Sequence record: SRR20825006_2064
Direction: 5' to 3' (one strand)
DNA: 64,000 bases
In this document: positions 10,240 to 20,249 of the stretch, piece by piece
Layout: each line of letters begins with the position of its first letter
How positions within the stretch are numbered: position 1 is the first letter of the stretch
Made by a program: the position numbers and the translations under genes
The notes under the pieces: model-generated
Seen by the model: the letters and a program-made list of their open reading frames with translations, nothing else
Databases searched by the model: none
What the model was told of the DNA's origin: nothing

Positions 10240-11166
10240 CTAGAGCTCCGCAGATGGGTTTGTGGTGCATTGCACTCGCTCGGCCAGCCATGCATGAAAG
10301 TCGCGGAATTTTTGTGTTTCTGCAAATTCGTAGGAACACACCAGCCAGTCAGAAGGTTCGCAAGGCTTAGCATCACCAAGAGGCACAAGAAAGCCACGTT
10401 TTACGTCATTTTCATAAAGCAGGGTGCGGCCAAGCGCGACGCCAAGCCCGTTGATGGCAGCCTGCAGGGCGAGGTCAGTACGGTCAAAAAGGCTGATGGG
10501 CTCAATATCCTGAGTGAAACAAGGTTCACTGGCTTTAAATTCCGCCCACCCGAAGGGGATCGAGTCTGATTCTGTGGCATGGTCGAGCAAGATATCGACC
10601 GGCTTTTGCCAAGGCTTTTCAAGGTCAATATTATTGGCCTCGATATAAGCTGGGCTCGCCAGTGGTTGCATATAAGACCGGCTGAGCCTGATGGCCCTGA
10701 GGCCCGGATAGGGGCCAAGGCCAAAACGAATGCCGACATCAGCGTCATCGCGGGTGAAATCCACCAGCCGGGTTTGCGCCTGCACAGAAATATCGAGTCC
10801 AGACTGCTTGGCGGCCATGAGAAGCGGTACCATCCATTTCATGGCAAGGGAAGGCGGCACGGAAACCCGGATCGTGGTGCTGCGCCTTTTTGCCTGCACG
10901 CGCCCCATGGCGGCTTCAAGCTCCTGCATATTTTCATAAGCGGCAGCGCATAAAATATCGCCCGCCGTGGTGAAACGCAGGCTTCGGGTTGTGCGTTCAA
11001 AAAGCTGTACGCCGATCAGCTCTTCAATCGCGCGAATACGGTGGCTTACGGCTGTTTGATGCACCTTCAATATTTCAGCCGCGCGGGTGAAATTCCTCGC
11101 CTCATGCATGGCAGCAAGAAAGGGAGCGGCCTGCGCCAGTTTCAAAAGGCGACTATTCATGAACAT
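10240..11166 (-). CDS. LysR family regulator (GcvA-like)
   Basis: HTH NFTRAAEILKVHQTAVSHRIRAIEE...LFERTTR; DVGIRFG; ALQAAINGLGVAL. Confidence 0.92.
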   Translation of the reverse strand: MFMNSRLLKLAQAAPFLAAMHEARNFTRAAEILKVHQTAVSHRIRAIEELIGVQLFERTTRSLRFTTAGDILCAAAYENMQELEAAMGRVQAKRRSTTIRVSVPPSLAMKWMVPLLMAAKQSGLDISVQAQTRLVDFTRDDADVGIRFGLGPYPGLRAIRLSRSYMQPLASPAYIEANNIDLEKPWQKPVDILLDHATESDSIPFGWAEFKASEPCFTQDIEPISLFDRTDLALQAAINGLGVALGRTLLYENDVKRGFLVPLGDAKPCEPSDWLVCSYEFAETQKFRDFHAWLAERVQCTTNPSAEL

Positions 11167-11173
11167 ACCTCAT
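11159..11173. promoter_or_regulatory. LysR recognition site ATGA-N7-TCAT overlapping the lysR start
   Basis: ATGAACATACCTCAT fits the T-N11-A dyad in the usual divergent-promoter position. Confidence 0.6.
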
Positions 11174-11345
11174 GTATTTAGCATCAAATCGTAGCTTGTT
11201 GTTTCTACCTAATGAGCAAAAATATAGCAACACGGCAAACAGAGGGCACTCTCCCCTGCTCTTGGCATGAAGGTACGTCTTGAAAGGCATTTCTTCGAAC
11301 GCTCTTGGTTTGTCTGTACGGCAGCGAGGACAACGGAGACTGATC

Positions 11346-11816
11346 ATGAACAATACTCTCGCAACTAACAGGATGTTTTTATGGGCGTCGCTCGTTTTGC
11401 TGGCGCTGGGAATTTGGGCTGCGGAAGCACAGGCGCAAACGCAAGTGTTTCACATCACGCAGGACCGGGCCCTGTTGAAGGGTAACGAGGCCATGCAGTC
11501 AGGTGATATTGAAAGCGCACTTGTGCACTACCGCAAGGCAGTAGGCAAAGACCTGACAGCCAAAGAACGCACCATGGCGTTCAATTCCATCTGCGCTGCA
11601 GAATTTGTTCTCGGCAACGCAGAGGCCGCGGCGGAAGCCTGCACAGCCGCGATCGAGGGTGACAATGGCTACTGGAAGGCTTTCGTTAATCGCGGCAACG
11701 CAAGAAAAGCGCTTGGGGATAGGGAAGGGGCGATCGCTGATTACTGTCGCGCCCATGACCTTCGCCCAAGCCAGGTAAGTGGCACGTTTGAAGCGCGGTG
11801 TGACGCACTCGGCTGA
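11346..11816 (+). CDS. Secreted TPR-repeat protein
   Basis: GGAG RBS, signal peptide ending AQA, three TPR-like units (AFVNRGNARKALGDREGAIADY). Confidence 0.8.
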   Translation: MNNTLATNRMFLWASLVLLALGIWAAEAQAQTQVFHITQDRALLKGNEAMQSGDIESALVHYRKAVGKDLTAKERTMAFNSICAAEFVLGNAEAAAEACTAAIEGDNGYWKAFVNRGNARKALGDREGAIADYCRAHDLRPSQVSGTFEARCDALG

Positions 11817-11832
11817 GCTTTAAACTTGTCCT

Positions 11833-11876
11833 GAAGGGCTGGCCAGCGAACCCCTTGGTCGGCCCTTCATTCTTTT
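11833..11876 (+). terminator. Rho-independent terminator
   Basis: GAAGGGCTGGCCA / TGGTCGGCCCTTC stem, then ATTCTTTT. Confidence 0.7.
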
Positions 11877-11956
11877 CTGGGGCCTTTCGGCTCTTATTGG
11901 CTTTCCTCATGGCCGCTGGCGCGGCTATATTCCTCCAGGTTTGACGGGGGAACGTG

Positions 11957-13111
11957 ATGAGCCGGAAACTTCTGACATATGCTGATTTCAGGGCTGAGGC
12001 CAAGCATGCGCTACCGCGCCCGATGTTTGATTATATCGATGGCGGTGCTGACGATGAAGTGACACTTGAAGGCAATACCTCGGCTTTCAAGAAATATGAA
12101 CTGATCCCCGACGCGCTCAGGAACCTCAGCGATGTCGATATCAGCACAACGGTGCTTGGCGCCCGTATGGCCGCGCCGGTTATTTTGTCACCCACCGGTA
12201 TGAACCGGCTGTTCCATCACGATAAAGAGCTGGCGGTTGCGCGTGCGGCCGAGGAAGCCGGGCTGATGTATTCACTGTCCACCCTCGGCACAACCAGCAT
12301 GGAAGATATTGCGGACGTGAAGCCGGGCCCCAAGATGTTCCAGATCTATATTCACAAGGACCGGGGCCTGACGCGTGAGTTTGTCGACCGCGCAAAAGCA
12401 TCCGGCTATGACGCCTTGTGCCTGACCGTTGATGTGCCGGTGGCTGGCAACCGGGAGCGGGATCTGCGCTCGGGCCTCATGATGCCGCCAAAGTTCACGG
12501 CTTCAAGTCTTTTCAGTTTCATTTCATATCCGAAATGGTCGTTGAATTTACTATTGAAACCAGACTTTCAGCTGGCCAACGTTGCGCACAGGCAAGACGG
12601 CCTTGCGGACGGTACGATGGGGGTGATCGCCTATATTAATAGCCAGATTGACGGCGCCATCAGTTGGGATGATGCCGCTGAAGTGATTGAGGCTTGGGGT
12701 GGCCCGTTTGCGATCAAGGGTCTTTCCTCAGCATCCGACGCGCGGCGTGCCCGCGACGTTGGCGCCAGCGCGGTGATCATATCAAATCATGGCGGACGCC
12801 AGATGGACGGTGCGGTTGCACCTGTTGACTGCGTGGCGCCGATGCGGGACGCGGTTGGAGATGCGCTGGAGCTGATCGTGGACGGCGGCGTACGGCGCGG
12901 CACCCACGTGCTGAAAGCGCTGGCGATGGGTGCAAACGCGGTCTCGTTCGGCAGACCATATCTTTATGGGCTGGCATCTGGCGGGCAAAAGGGCGTTGCG
13001 CGCGTGCTGGATCTGTTCCTCAGGGAGCTTGAGCGCGACATGATGCTGCTGGGTTGCGGTGGTTTGAGCGAGATCAGGCCTGACCATGTGCGGCAGGTCG
13101 GTGGTCGATAG
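11957..13111 (+). CDS. lldD: FMN-dependent alpha-hydroxy acid oxidase / L-lactate dehydrogenase
   Basis: FDYIDGGA, LTVD..GNRERD, SNHGGRQMD, DGGVRRGTHVLKALAMGA, GRPYLYGL. Confidence 0.88.
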   Translation: MSRKLLTYADFRAEAKHALPRPMFDYIDGGADDEVTLEGNTSAFKKYELIPDALRNLSDVDISTTVLGARMAAPVILSPTGMNRLFHHDKELAVARAAEEAGLMYSLSTLGTTSMEDIADVKPGPKMFQIYIHKDRGLTREFVDRAKASGYDALCLTVDVPVAGNRERDLRSGLMMPPKFTASSLFSFISYPKWSLNLLLKPDFQLANVAHRQDGLADGTMGVIAYINSQIDGAISWDDAAEVIEAWGGPFAIKGLSSASDARRARDVGASAVIISNHGGRQMDGAVAPVDCVAPMRDAVGDALELIVDGGVRRGTHVLKALAMGANAVSFGRPYLYGLASGGQKGVARVLDLFLRELERDMMLLGCGGLSEIRPDHVRQVGGR

Positions 13112-13178
13112 GTAATGAGAGTTGGCCGATAGGCCGTGATTGCTGCTATAGTGCCTGCAGGCATAGGAGAAACGCACC

Positions 13179-13844
13179 TTGGTGACAGCAAAACAAATTC
13201 GTAGTTATTCATCATCTGAAGAGGTCTGGCACGCAGTAACGCATGGCATTGGTGCTATTTTAGCCGCTGTTGCCTTGGTGTTTTTGATCCTCAAGGCGGC
13301 AGACATGGGCGGCGTGAGCGTCATGGTGGCTGCGGCTCTTTATGGTGGCTTCATGCTGGTGATGTATGTGTGTTCCACGCTCTATCACAGCTTCTTCAAG
13401 TCCCGCCTTCAGCCATTTTTCAAGTTTCTGGATCATAGCGCTATCTACTTCAAAATCGCGGGTGCTTACACACCGTTTGCCTTGATCACCCTGCCAACAA
13501 CGGTTGGTGTGTGGGTGATGATCGGTGCCTGGGGCGCAGCCGTTTTGGGTGCAGGCTTGAAGTTTCGGGCTTATCTGAATAAGTCTGGCAAGAAGTTCAG
13601 CCCAGTCTCATTGCTGCTCTATTTGGGCATGGGCTGGGCCGGTGTTTTGATGATTGGCGAGTTGATGGATCGCCTGCCCAGTGCTGCCATCTGGTGGCTG
13701 ATGGCTGGTGGCATTTGTTACACCGTCGGTGCGCTATTTTATGCACTAAAGCGTGTACCGTACACGCATGCCGTCTGGCATGTGCTTGTGATGGCGGGCA
13801 GCGCCTGCCACTTCATTACCATTTATGTTTATGTGATGCAGTAG
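13179..13844 (+). CDS. Hemolysin III / PAQR family membrane protein (YqfA/TrhA-like)
   Basis: EE..HAVTHG, STLYH, DHSAIY..IAG.YTP, HAVWH; 7 TM segments. Confidence 0.9.
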   Translation: MVTAKQIRSYSSSEEVWHAVTHGIGAILAAVALVFLILKAADMGGVSVMVAAALYGGFMLVMYVCSTLYHSFFKSRLQPFFKFLDHSAIYFKIAGAYTPFALITLPTTVGVWVMIGAWGAAVLGAGLKFRAYLNKSGKKFSPVSLLLYLGMGWAGVLMIGELMDRLPSAAIWWLMAGGICYTVGALFYALKRVPYTHAVWHVLVMAGSACHFITIYVYVMQ

Positions 13845-13884
13845 CATCCACGCGCTGCGCATCGCTATAACGAGGGGGATCGTT

Positions 13885-15561
13885 ATGCAGTTCAGGTATG
13901 TGACCAGTGCCATAACACTTGCGGTCGCAAGTGTAGCTTTGAGTCTATCCGCTATTGCGGACGAGGTTGCTGACCGGATATTCCATGGCGGGGTTATATG
14001 GACTGGGGTGTCTGACACACCGAACGCAACGGCAATCGCCCTATCAGCTGGTAAGATACTGGCTGTTGGGACAGAGGATGAGATTAAGGCCTACCAGGGC
14101 CCGATCACGGAAGTGGTTAACCTCTCTGGTCGTTTTTTGATGCCGGGCTTCACCGATAATCATGTGCATTTTGAGATGGGGTCCAATGGCCTCAGCCAAG
14201 TGCAATTGCGGGACGCGGCAACACCTGAGGAGTTCGCGCGCCGCATAGCGGAGGCTGCGGCCAACGCGCCCCACGGGGCTTGGGTGCTTGAAGGCGCGTG
14301 GGACCATGAGCTTTGGGGCGGTGAACTGCCCGACAGGGCCTGGATTGACGATGCCACAGCGGATGTGCCCGTTGCGGTTACCCGGCTTGATGGGCATATG
14401 ATCCTTGCCAATACAAAAGCCATGACCATGGCGGGTATTGGGCCGGATACACCTGACCCGGAAGGCGGCGTGATCGTGCGGGACGCAAACGGCCGCGCGA
14501 CAGGTGTGTTCAAGGATAATGCCATCCCGCTTGTGATGTCGGCAATGACACTGCCCAGCGATGCGGTAATGGAAAAAATATTCAAGGACGGCATTGAGCA
14601 TGCGCTAAGCCTTGGCGTCACCCAGGTGCATGACATGGGGTATGACTGGCGCAGCCTTGAGACCTTCCAGCGCCTGAAAGCCAAGGATGAGCTTAAAATA
14701 AGGGTTTATGCCTTCACACCGCTCGCGGAATGGGAAAAACTTGAGGCTTATGTAGATGCGCACGGCAGGGGCGATGACCGCTTACGCTGGGGCGCGCTCA
14801 AGGGGTTTGTGGACGGCTCATTAGGCTCCACGACCGCGTGGTTTTATGAACCCTATACGGATGAGCCTGATACCGCCGGTTTCCCCATCGCCAATATGAA
14901 AGAGCTGGAAGCCGATGTTGTGGGGGCATCCGCGGCCGGACTTCACGTAACGGTGCATGCCATTGGCTATCAGGCGAATGACAAGCTTCTGGATATTTTT
15001 GAACGCGCCAGCGAAGGGCAAGACCCAAAAGACCTGCGTTTCCGTATTGAGCACGCCCAGCACCTGACGGCAGACGCCATCGCGCGTTTTGCGCCGCTAG
15101 GTGTCACCGCCTCCATGCATCCCTATCACCTGATTGATGACGGGCGCTGGGCCGAGAAACGGATCGGCAAAGAAAGGCTCAAAGGCACTTATGCTATTGG
15201 CTCGGTTATGGAAACCGGGGCGAATGTGACGTTTGGTTCTGACTGGTCTGTGGCGCCGCTTGACCCGATACAGGGTATTTATGCAGCGGTCGCGCGCCAG
15301 ACAACCGACGGCAAAAACCCGGATGGCTGGATCGCGAGTGAGAAGATAACAGTGGCCCAAGCCCTGAAGGCTTATACGCAAAATAACGCATATGCGGGCT
15401 TTATGGATGACAGCTCTGGCATGTTGAAGCCGGGGTATGTGGCAGATCTCGTGGTGCTGTCTGACAACCCGTTTGAGGTCGCTCCGGCTGAGCTTAGCAA
15501 CATTATGGTGTTGCGCACCGTTGTGGGCGGCGAAGATCTCTATACCTCTGAGGGCAAGTGA
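13885..15561 (+). CDS. Secreted amidohydrolase family 3 protein (YtcJ-like)
   Basis: Signal peptide; PGFTDNHVH, KGFVDGSLGS, HAIG, RIEHAQ, GSDW. Confidence 0.9.
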   Translation: MQFRYVTSAITLAVASVALSLSAIADEVADRIFHGGVIWTGVSDTPNATAIALSAGKILAVGTEDEIKAYQGPITEVVNLSGRFLMPGFTDNHVHFEMGSNGLSQVQLRDAATPEEFARRIAEAAANAPHGAWVLEGAWDHELWGGELPDRAWIDDATADVPVAVTRLDGHMILANTKAMTMAGIGPDTPDPEGGVIVRDANGRATGVFKDNAIPLVMSAMTLPSDAVMEKIFKDGIEHALSLGVTQVHDMGYDWRSLETFQRLKAKDELKIRVYAFTPLAEWEKLEAYVDAHGRGDDRLRWGALKGFVDGSLGSTTAWFYEPYTDEPDTAGFPIANMKELEADVVGASAAGLHVTVHAIGYQANDKLLDIFERASEGQDPKDLRFRIEHAQHLTADAIARFAPLGVTASMHPYHLIDDGRWAEKRIGKERLKGTYAIGSVMETGANVTFGSDWSVAPLDPIQGIYAAVARQTTDGKNPDGWIASEKITVAQALKAYTQNNAYAGFMDDSSGMLKPGYVADLVVLSDNPFEVAPAELSNIMVLRTVVGGEDLYTSEGK

Positions 15562-15677
15562 CGCCCGGATATTTTGCCAGCCTTGAGCCGTTCTGGTATA
15601 GTGAACGGCCCATAACCCCTCATACCTCCATGCCCATATGAGGACAGCGACACAGTGCTGACCAAAGGAGGTTTCTG

Positions 15678-16148
15678 ATGACAATTGCCCCAATGCTGCA
15701 AGACCACATCGAAGAACGCGGCATCGATTATGACCTGATGGCTCATGACCGTGAAGTGGTGGCCACACGCATTGCCCAGGCGGCGCATATCCCCGGTAAT
15801 ACATTTGCGAAAGGCGTGCTTCTCAAGGCTGACTCCGGCTACCTTGTGGCCGTGGTGTCCGCAAACCGACATGTTGACCTGGCGGAATTGAGCCATCGGC
15901 GGCATGAACGCCTGGGCCTCGCCAGCGAAGAAGAAGCGCGCCGCATCTTTGCAGATTGTGATCCCGGCGCTGTTCCAGCCTGCGCGGACGCATACGGCAT
16001 TCCTGTGATTGTGGATAGTGACCTGACAGATTTTGACGAGATCTATATGGAGGCGGGGGACCATGAGAGCCTGATCCATATGGACCGCAAAGCTTTTGCG
16101 CGCCTTACCGCATCAGCCGAACTGGCGCCTATCTCGCGGGCGCACTAA
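15678..16148 (+). CDS. YbaK/EbsC family aminoacyl-tRNA deacylase
   Basis: AGGAGG RBS; AKGVLL, LASEEE, CDPGAVP, EAGDHESLI. Confidence 0.85.
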   Translation: MTIAPMLQDHIEERGIDYDLMAHDREVVATRIAQAAHIPGNTFAKGVLLKADSGYLVAVVSANRHVDLAELSHRRHERLGLASEEEARRIFADCDPGAVPACADAYGIPVIVDSDLTDFDEIYMEAGDHESLIHMDRKAFARLTASAELAPISRAH

Positions 16149-16171
16149 CCCCCGCGAGACATTTGCTATGT

Positions 16172-16768
16172 TTAGCGCCCGTCTGTTTGTTCGGTCGCGG
16201 CAGTCGTGGCGACTGTTTGCGTGATGCCAAAATATTCCCAATGATCAGCGCCTGCGATCTCCCTCATCCGCCAGGAGTAAGGGAAGCTTGCCCAAGGTGC
16301 GCAGTTCGGGTACCGGATATCGCACACAACTGTGCCGAGGTTTGTCTCGATCGATAACACGGCATGATACTGGCCATCTTCGGTGTATGCTGTGGCAAGG
16401 CGAAACGCAGCGCTATAGGCCGGGAATTTCTTGCGCAGAAGCTGGCGGAAGGTCAGGGCATAATCCTCACAGTCGCCGGGGCCTGTGGTTTGGCGCGCCT
16501 GCCAGAAATCGCCTTGCTCATCTGTTGGGATGACAAGCTTGCGTACTTGATAGTTGATGGCATCCAGCGCTTTCCTCAAGGAAGCCGTGCTGGGGATCGC
16601 GCATTCTTCCGGGTTGCGTGCGCAAAATTCCTTGAAAGCCGTGGGCGGTGGAACTTGCGCTCCTTTAGGCATTACGCCGGCATCTATGAGTGCGCTATCG
16701 TTTGGCGTGGTGACCATGCAAGCGCTCAGGGAAAAAGCCAAAAAGACGAACTTCAAAATAGTAGCCAC
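16172..16768 (-). CDS. Transglutaminase-like cysteine peptidase (BTLCP/LapG-like), probable lipoprotein
   Basis: Lipobox LSAC; FCARNPEEC, catalytic GDCEDYA, HAVL, VCD. Confidence 0.85.
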   Translation of the reverse strand: MATILKFVFLAFSLSACMVTTPNDSALIDAGVMPKGAQVPPPTAFKEFCARNPEECAIPSTASLRKALDAINYQVRKLVIPTDEQGDFWQARQTTGPGDCEDYALTFRQLLRKKFPAYSAAFRLATAYTEDGQYHAVLSIETNLGTVVCDIRYPNCAPWASFPYSWRMREIAGADHWEYFGITQTVATTAATEQTDGR

Positions 16769-16973
16769 AGTAGTCTATCCTTCTACCCACCTTGGCGGTG
16801 GATGCTATCGCGGATTTCTCCGCCTTCACTTTTGCCTGAAGGATGATGCGACGGCATGCAGGTGAACCCTGCTTGCTTACTTTTCCAGACTCTGAGGGTA
16901 TTTTCATGCCCTTTAGAGTGCCTCGCTAGAAAAGAATCGCGAAATATGTGGGCTGATTGTTTGCGTCGGGCCG

Positions 16974-16989
16974 GTTAACAGCAAATTAA
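16974..16989 (-). promoter_or_regulatory. CtrA-type box TTAA-N7-TTAAC
   Basis: Minus strand reads TTAATTTGCTGTTAAC, a perfect consensus, about 205 bp upstream of the BTLCP gene. Confidence 0.6.
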
Positions 16990-17211
16990 AGTCCATTTTT
17001 TATTAAAGTAAGATTATAATTGTTGACGCTTTGTCTTCATTTTGTCTTCAAAGTTGATAAATTTGCATATGTATTTTAAGTATCTTTTCCTGATTATTTT
17101 TCTATATTTTACATGGGGTTAGGAAAGGGTTCGTACGCTGTTGATATGAACTCGAATACACTATAAACGTGTTTTTCTTTGATCGAACGGTGCCAGAACA
17201 AGCGAATTTGC

Positions 17212-17868
17212 ATGAAAGCCAACTCAAAAATAATTTTCAGTAACCAGCCTGGCGTGCATGAAAATCTTGAAAAAACGGTGCTCAGGCACCTGAATAGTGC
17301 CTTCCTTAAGCCGATTAGCGATCATACCCGTGCAGCATTTGATGACGTGACAAGCCAAATTGCGGTGCATGACAGGCCGCTGGTGCTGGATGCTTGCTGC
17401 GGGGTGGGGGACAGTAGCCGTGCGCTTGCGGCTATATATCCCGACCATTGGGTGGTTGGGGTCGACAAGTCCGCTAGCCGGCTGAACCGGGAGCGGGAAC
17501 ATAGTTCACCAGAAAACCTGATCCTTGTACGCGCGGACCTGAACGATTTTTACCGGCTGGCCGCTGCCGCTGAATGGCGACCAACCCATCACTTCGTGCT
17601 TTATCCAAACCCATGGCCCAAAGCGGAGCACCTGAAACGGCGCTGGCACGGCGCACCCGTGTTCCCTGATATGCTTAAGCTTGGTGGCAGGCTTGAGCTG
17701 CGGTCAAACTGGCGGCTTTATCTTGAGGAGTTTTGCGCGGCGCTTACGCTGGCGGGGCACAGGGGCGAGATCGAGCCCTATGATGCCGGGAACCCAATCA
17801 CCCCTTTTGAGGCTAAATATAAAGCCAGTGGCCAGGCGCTGTGGCGCCTGACGGCAAAACTTACATAA
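17212..17868 (+). CDS. tRNA (guanine-N7)-methyltransferase-like protein (TrmB family)
   Basis: SAM motif VLDACCGVG, VGVDKS, YPNPWPK..H.KRR, ELRSNW, TPFEAKY; ATG 17212. Confidence 0.82.
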   Translation: MKANSKIIFSNQPGVHENLEKTVLRHLNSAFLKPISDHTRAAFDDVTSQIAVHDRPLVLDACCGVGDSSRALAAIYPDHWVVGVDKSASRLNREREHSSPENLILVRADLNDFYRLAAAAEWRPTHHFVLYPNPWPKAEHLKRRWHGAPVFPDMLKLGGRLELRSNWRLYLEEFCAALTLAGHRGEIEPYDAGNPITPFEAKYKASGQALWRLTAKLT

Positions 17869-17885
17869 GGAATAACGTGCGTGCG

Positions 17886-18914
17886 CTAAGCCGCCCAATC
17901 AAGGATCACCTTGCCGGATTGGCCTGACCGCATGATATCAAAGCCCTTCTGGAAGTCATCAGCCTTGAAATTGTGGGTCATGATCGGGCTGAGGTCGAGC
18001 CCGCTCTCCAACATGGCGATCATTTTATACCAGGTTTCAAACATGCGGCGGCCATAGATGCCGTGCACTTGAAGACCTTTGAAAATCACATGGTTCCAGT
18101 TGATGCCGGTGCCTTCAGGCAGGATGCCAAGAAGGGCAACCTTGCCGCCGTGATTGATGGTTTCTAGCATGTTTCCAAACGCTTGCGGTACACCAGACAT
18201 CTCAAGCCCCACGTCAAAACCTTCTGTCATGTGAAGGTCTGACATGGAATCGCGCAGGTTCGCCTTGGTCACGTTAACGGCGCGGGTGGCGCCCATTTTA
18301 AGCGCCAAGTCCAGCCGGAAGTCATTCACGTCCGTGATCACGATGTTGCGTGCGCCCACGCGGCGGGCGATGGCAACCGCCATGATACCGATGGGGCCAG
18401 CGCCGGTGATCAGCACGTCCTCACCCACAAGATCAAAGCTGAGCGCGGTGTGCGCGGCGTTGCCCAGCGGGTCGAGGATCGCGCCGAGGTCGTCGGAAAC
18501 CCCGTCTGGCAGCGGGCAGATATTCACAGCAGGCACAGAGATATATTCAGCGAATGCACCGGGGCGGTTCACACCAATACCTTCGGTGTTGCGGCAAAGA
18601 TGGCGTTGACCCGCGCGGCAGTTGCGGCAGTGGCCGCACGTGATGTGGCCTTCAGCCGATACGCGCTGGCCAATGCTCAAGCCTTTGACTTCGCTGCCCA
18701 ATTCCACAATCTCACCAGCAAATTCGTGGCCCACGTGCATGGGAACCGGGATGGTGTCTTGCGCCCATTTGTCCCAGTTATAGATATGCACGTCTGTGCC
18801 GCAGATGGCGGTTTTCTTGACCCGAACGAGCACGTCGTTGTGGCCTACCTCCGGCATGGGAACATCTTCCATCCAGATGCCGGTTTCTGCTTTTGCTTTT
18901 ACAAGTGCTTTCAT
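17886..18914 (-). CDS. tdh: L-threonine 3-dehydrogenase
   Basis: [16 protein letters not shown], structural Zn motif CGHCRNC...[20 protein letters not shown]. Confidence 0.97.
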   Translation of the reverse strand: MKALVKAKAETGIWMEDVPMPEVGHNDVLVRVKKTAICGTDVHIYNWDKWAQDTIPVPMHVGHEFAGEIVELGSEVKGLSIGQRVSAEGHITCGHCRNCRAGQRHLCRNTEGIGVNRPGAFAEYISVPAVNICPLPDGVSDDLGAILDPLGNAAHTALSFDLVGEDVLITGAGPIGIMAVAIARRVGARNIVITDVNDFRLDLALKMGATRAVNVTKANLRDSMSDLHMTEGFDVGLEMSGVPQAFGNMLETINHGGKVALLGILPEGTGINWNHVIFKGLQVHGIYGRRMFETWYKMIAMLESGLDLSPIMTHNFKADDFQKGFDIMRSGQSGKVILDWAA

Positions 18915-18943
18915 GGGTTTTGTCCTGAAAAGGGCGGATTTCC

Positions 18944-20140
18944 TTAGGAAATGACGCCGAGTTCCCGCCCGATGCGGCCAAAGGCCTCAACCGCGCGGTC
19001 GATTTGTTCTGATGTGTGGGCCGCAGACATCTGGGTGCGGATACGCGCCTGGCCCTTTGGCACCACCGGGAAAGAGAAGCCGATCACAAAGATACCTTCT
19101 TCGAGAAGTTTCTCTGCCATTTTGGCGGCGAGGGCAGCGTCACCCAGCATTACAGGGATAATGGGGTGCCCGGCACCTGCGAGCGTAAAGCCTTGTTTTT
19201 CCATGCCTTCCCGGAAGCGCGCCGCATTTGCGTGCACCCTGTCACGTAGTTCTGAGCCCGCTTCAAGAAGCTCGAGCACCTTCAAGGACGTTGCCGCAAT
19301 CACAGGCGCCAGGGTATTGGAAAACAGGTAAGGGCGGGAGCGCTGGCGCAACCAGTCTACCACCTCAGCGCTTGCAGCCGTATAACCGCCAGATGCGCCG
19401 CCAAGTGCCTTGCCAAGGGTGCCAGTAACGATGTGCACACGGTCTTGCACACCAAAGTGCTCAGGCGTGCCGGCGCCATTTTCGCCAATGAAACCAACAG
19501 CATGGCTGTCATCTACCATCACCATGGCGTCGTATTTTTCAGCTAGGTCACAAATGGAAGGCAGGTTGGCGAGAATGCCGTCCATCGAGAAGACCCCGTC
19601 GGTTGCGATCAGGCGGAAGCGCGCATCCTGCGCGTCCTTGAGGCATTTCTCAAGCTCGGCCATATTGTTGTTGGCATAGCGGAAACGCCTTGCTTTACAA
19701 AGCCTTACGCCGTCAATAATGCTGGCGTGGTTCAGTGCATCGGAGATAATGGCATCCTCGGGCCCCAACAGGGTCTCAAACAGCCCTGCGTTGGCGTCAA
19801 AGCAACTGGGGTACAGGATCACATCTTCGGTTTTCAGGAATTTGGCGAGCTTGGCTTCAAGTTCCTTGTGTACATCCTGCGTGCCGCAAATGAAACGAAC
19901 GGACGACATTCCGTACCCGTGACGGTCGAGCGCCGCTTTGGCGGTTTCTACCAGAACATGGTCGTTTGAAAGCCCTAAGTAATTGTTTGCGCAGAAGTTA
20001 ATATAGTCTGTGTCGCCAGCGCCGGACACATGAACAGAGGCCGACTGCGGGGTGGTGATCACCCGTTCGCTCTTATAAAGGCCTGCTTCTTTTACTTCCG
20101 CCAACTGGTCGAGAAGATAGCTTTTATAGCGGTCGCTCAT
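18944..20140 (-). CDS. kbl: Glycine C-acetyltransferase (2-amino-3-ketobutyrate CoA ligase)
   Basis: [44 protein letters not shown]. Confidence 0.97.
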   Translation of the reverse strand: MSDRYKSYLLDQLAEVKEAGLYKSERVITTPQSASVHVSGAGDTDYINFCANNYLGLSNDHVLVETAKAALDRHGYGMSSVRFICGTQDVHKELEAKLAKFLKTEDVILYPSCFDANAGLFETLLGPEDAIISDALNHASIIDGVRLCKARRFRYANNNMAELEKCLKDAQDARFRLIATDGVFSMDGILANLPSICDLAEKYDAMVMVDDSHAVGFIGENGAGTPEHFGVQDRVHIVTGTLGKALGGASGGYTAASAEVVDWLRQRSRPYLFSNTLAPVIAATSLKVLELLEAGSELRDRVHANAARFREGMEKQGFTLAGAGHPIIPVMLGDAALAAKMAEKLLEEGIFVIGFSFPVVPKGQARIRTQMSAAHTSEQIDRAVEAFGRIGRELGVIS

Positions 20141-20181
20141 GGTCTGTCCTTCATGCTTTAGGGCAATGTTCGTTGCCTTGA

Positions 20182-20217
20182 GTTCGATATACTAAATACA
20201 CTGTTCAATATATTGTT
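20182..20217. promoter_or_regulatory. Two tandem copies of a putative XRE operator upstream of kbl
   Basis: GTTCGATATACTAAA (20182) and GTTCAATATATTGTT (20203), 21 bp apart; best copy at 20860. Confidence 0.6.
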
Positions 20218-20249
20218 CAAGTGTGTTTTTGTGCGTGATGTTGTGTTTT

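Noticed and set aside
11268-11369. Alternative-frame ORF MKVRLERHFFERSWF... as an aromatic-amino-acid attenuator leader
   Set aside because: No SD, no terminator hairpin, and it faces away from the pheC-like gene
13179-13844. Hemolysin as a virulence factor
   Set aside because: PAQR/YqfA family proteins are widespread membrane-homeostasis proteins; the name alone is not evidence of toxicity
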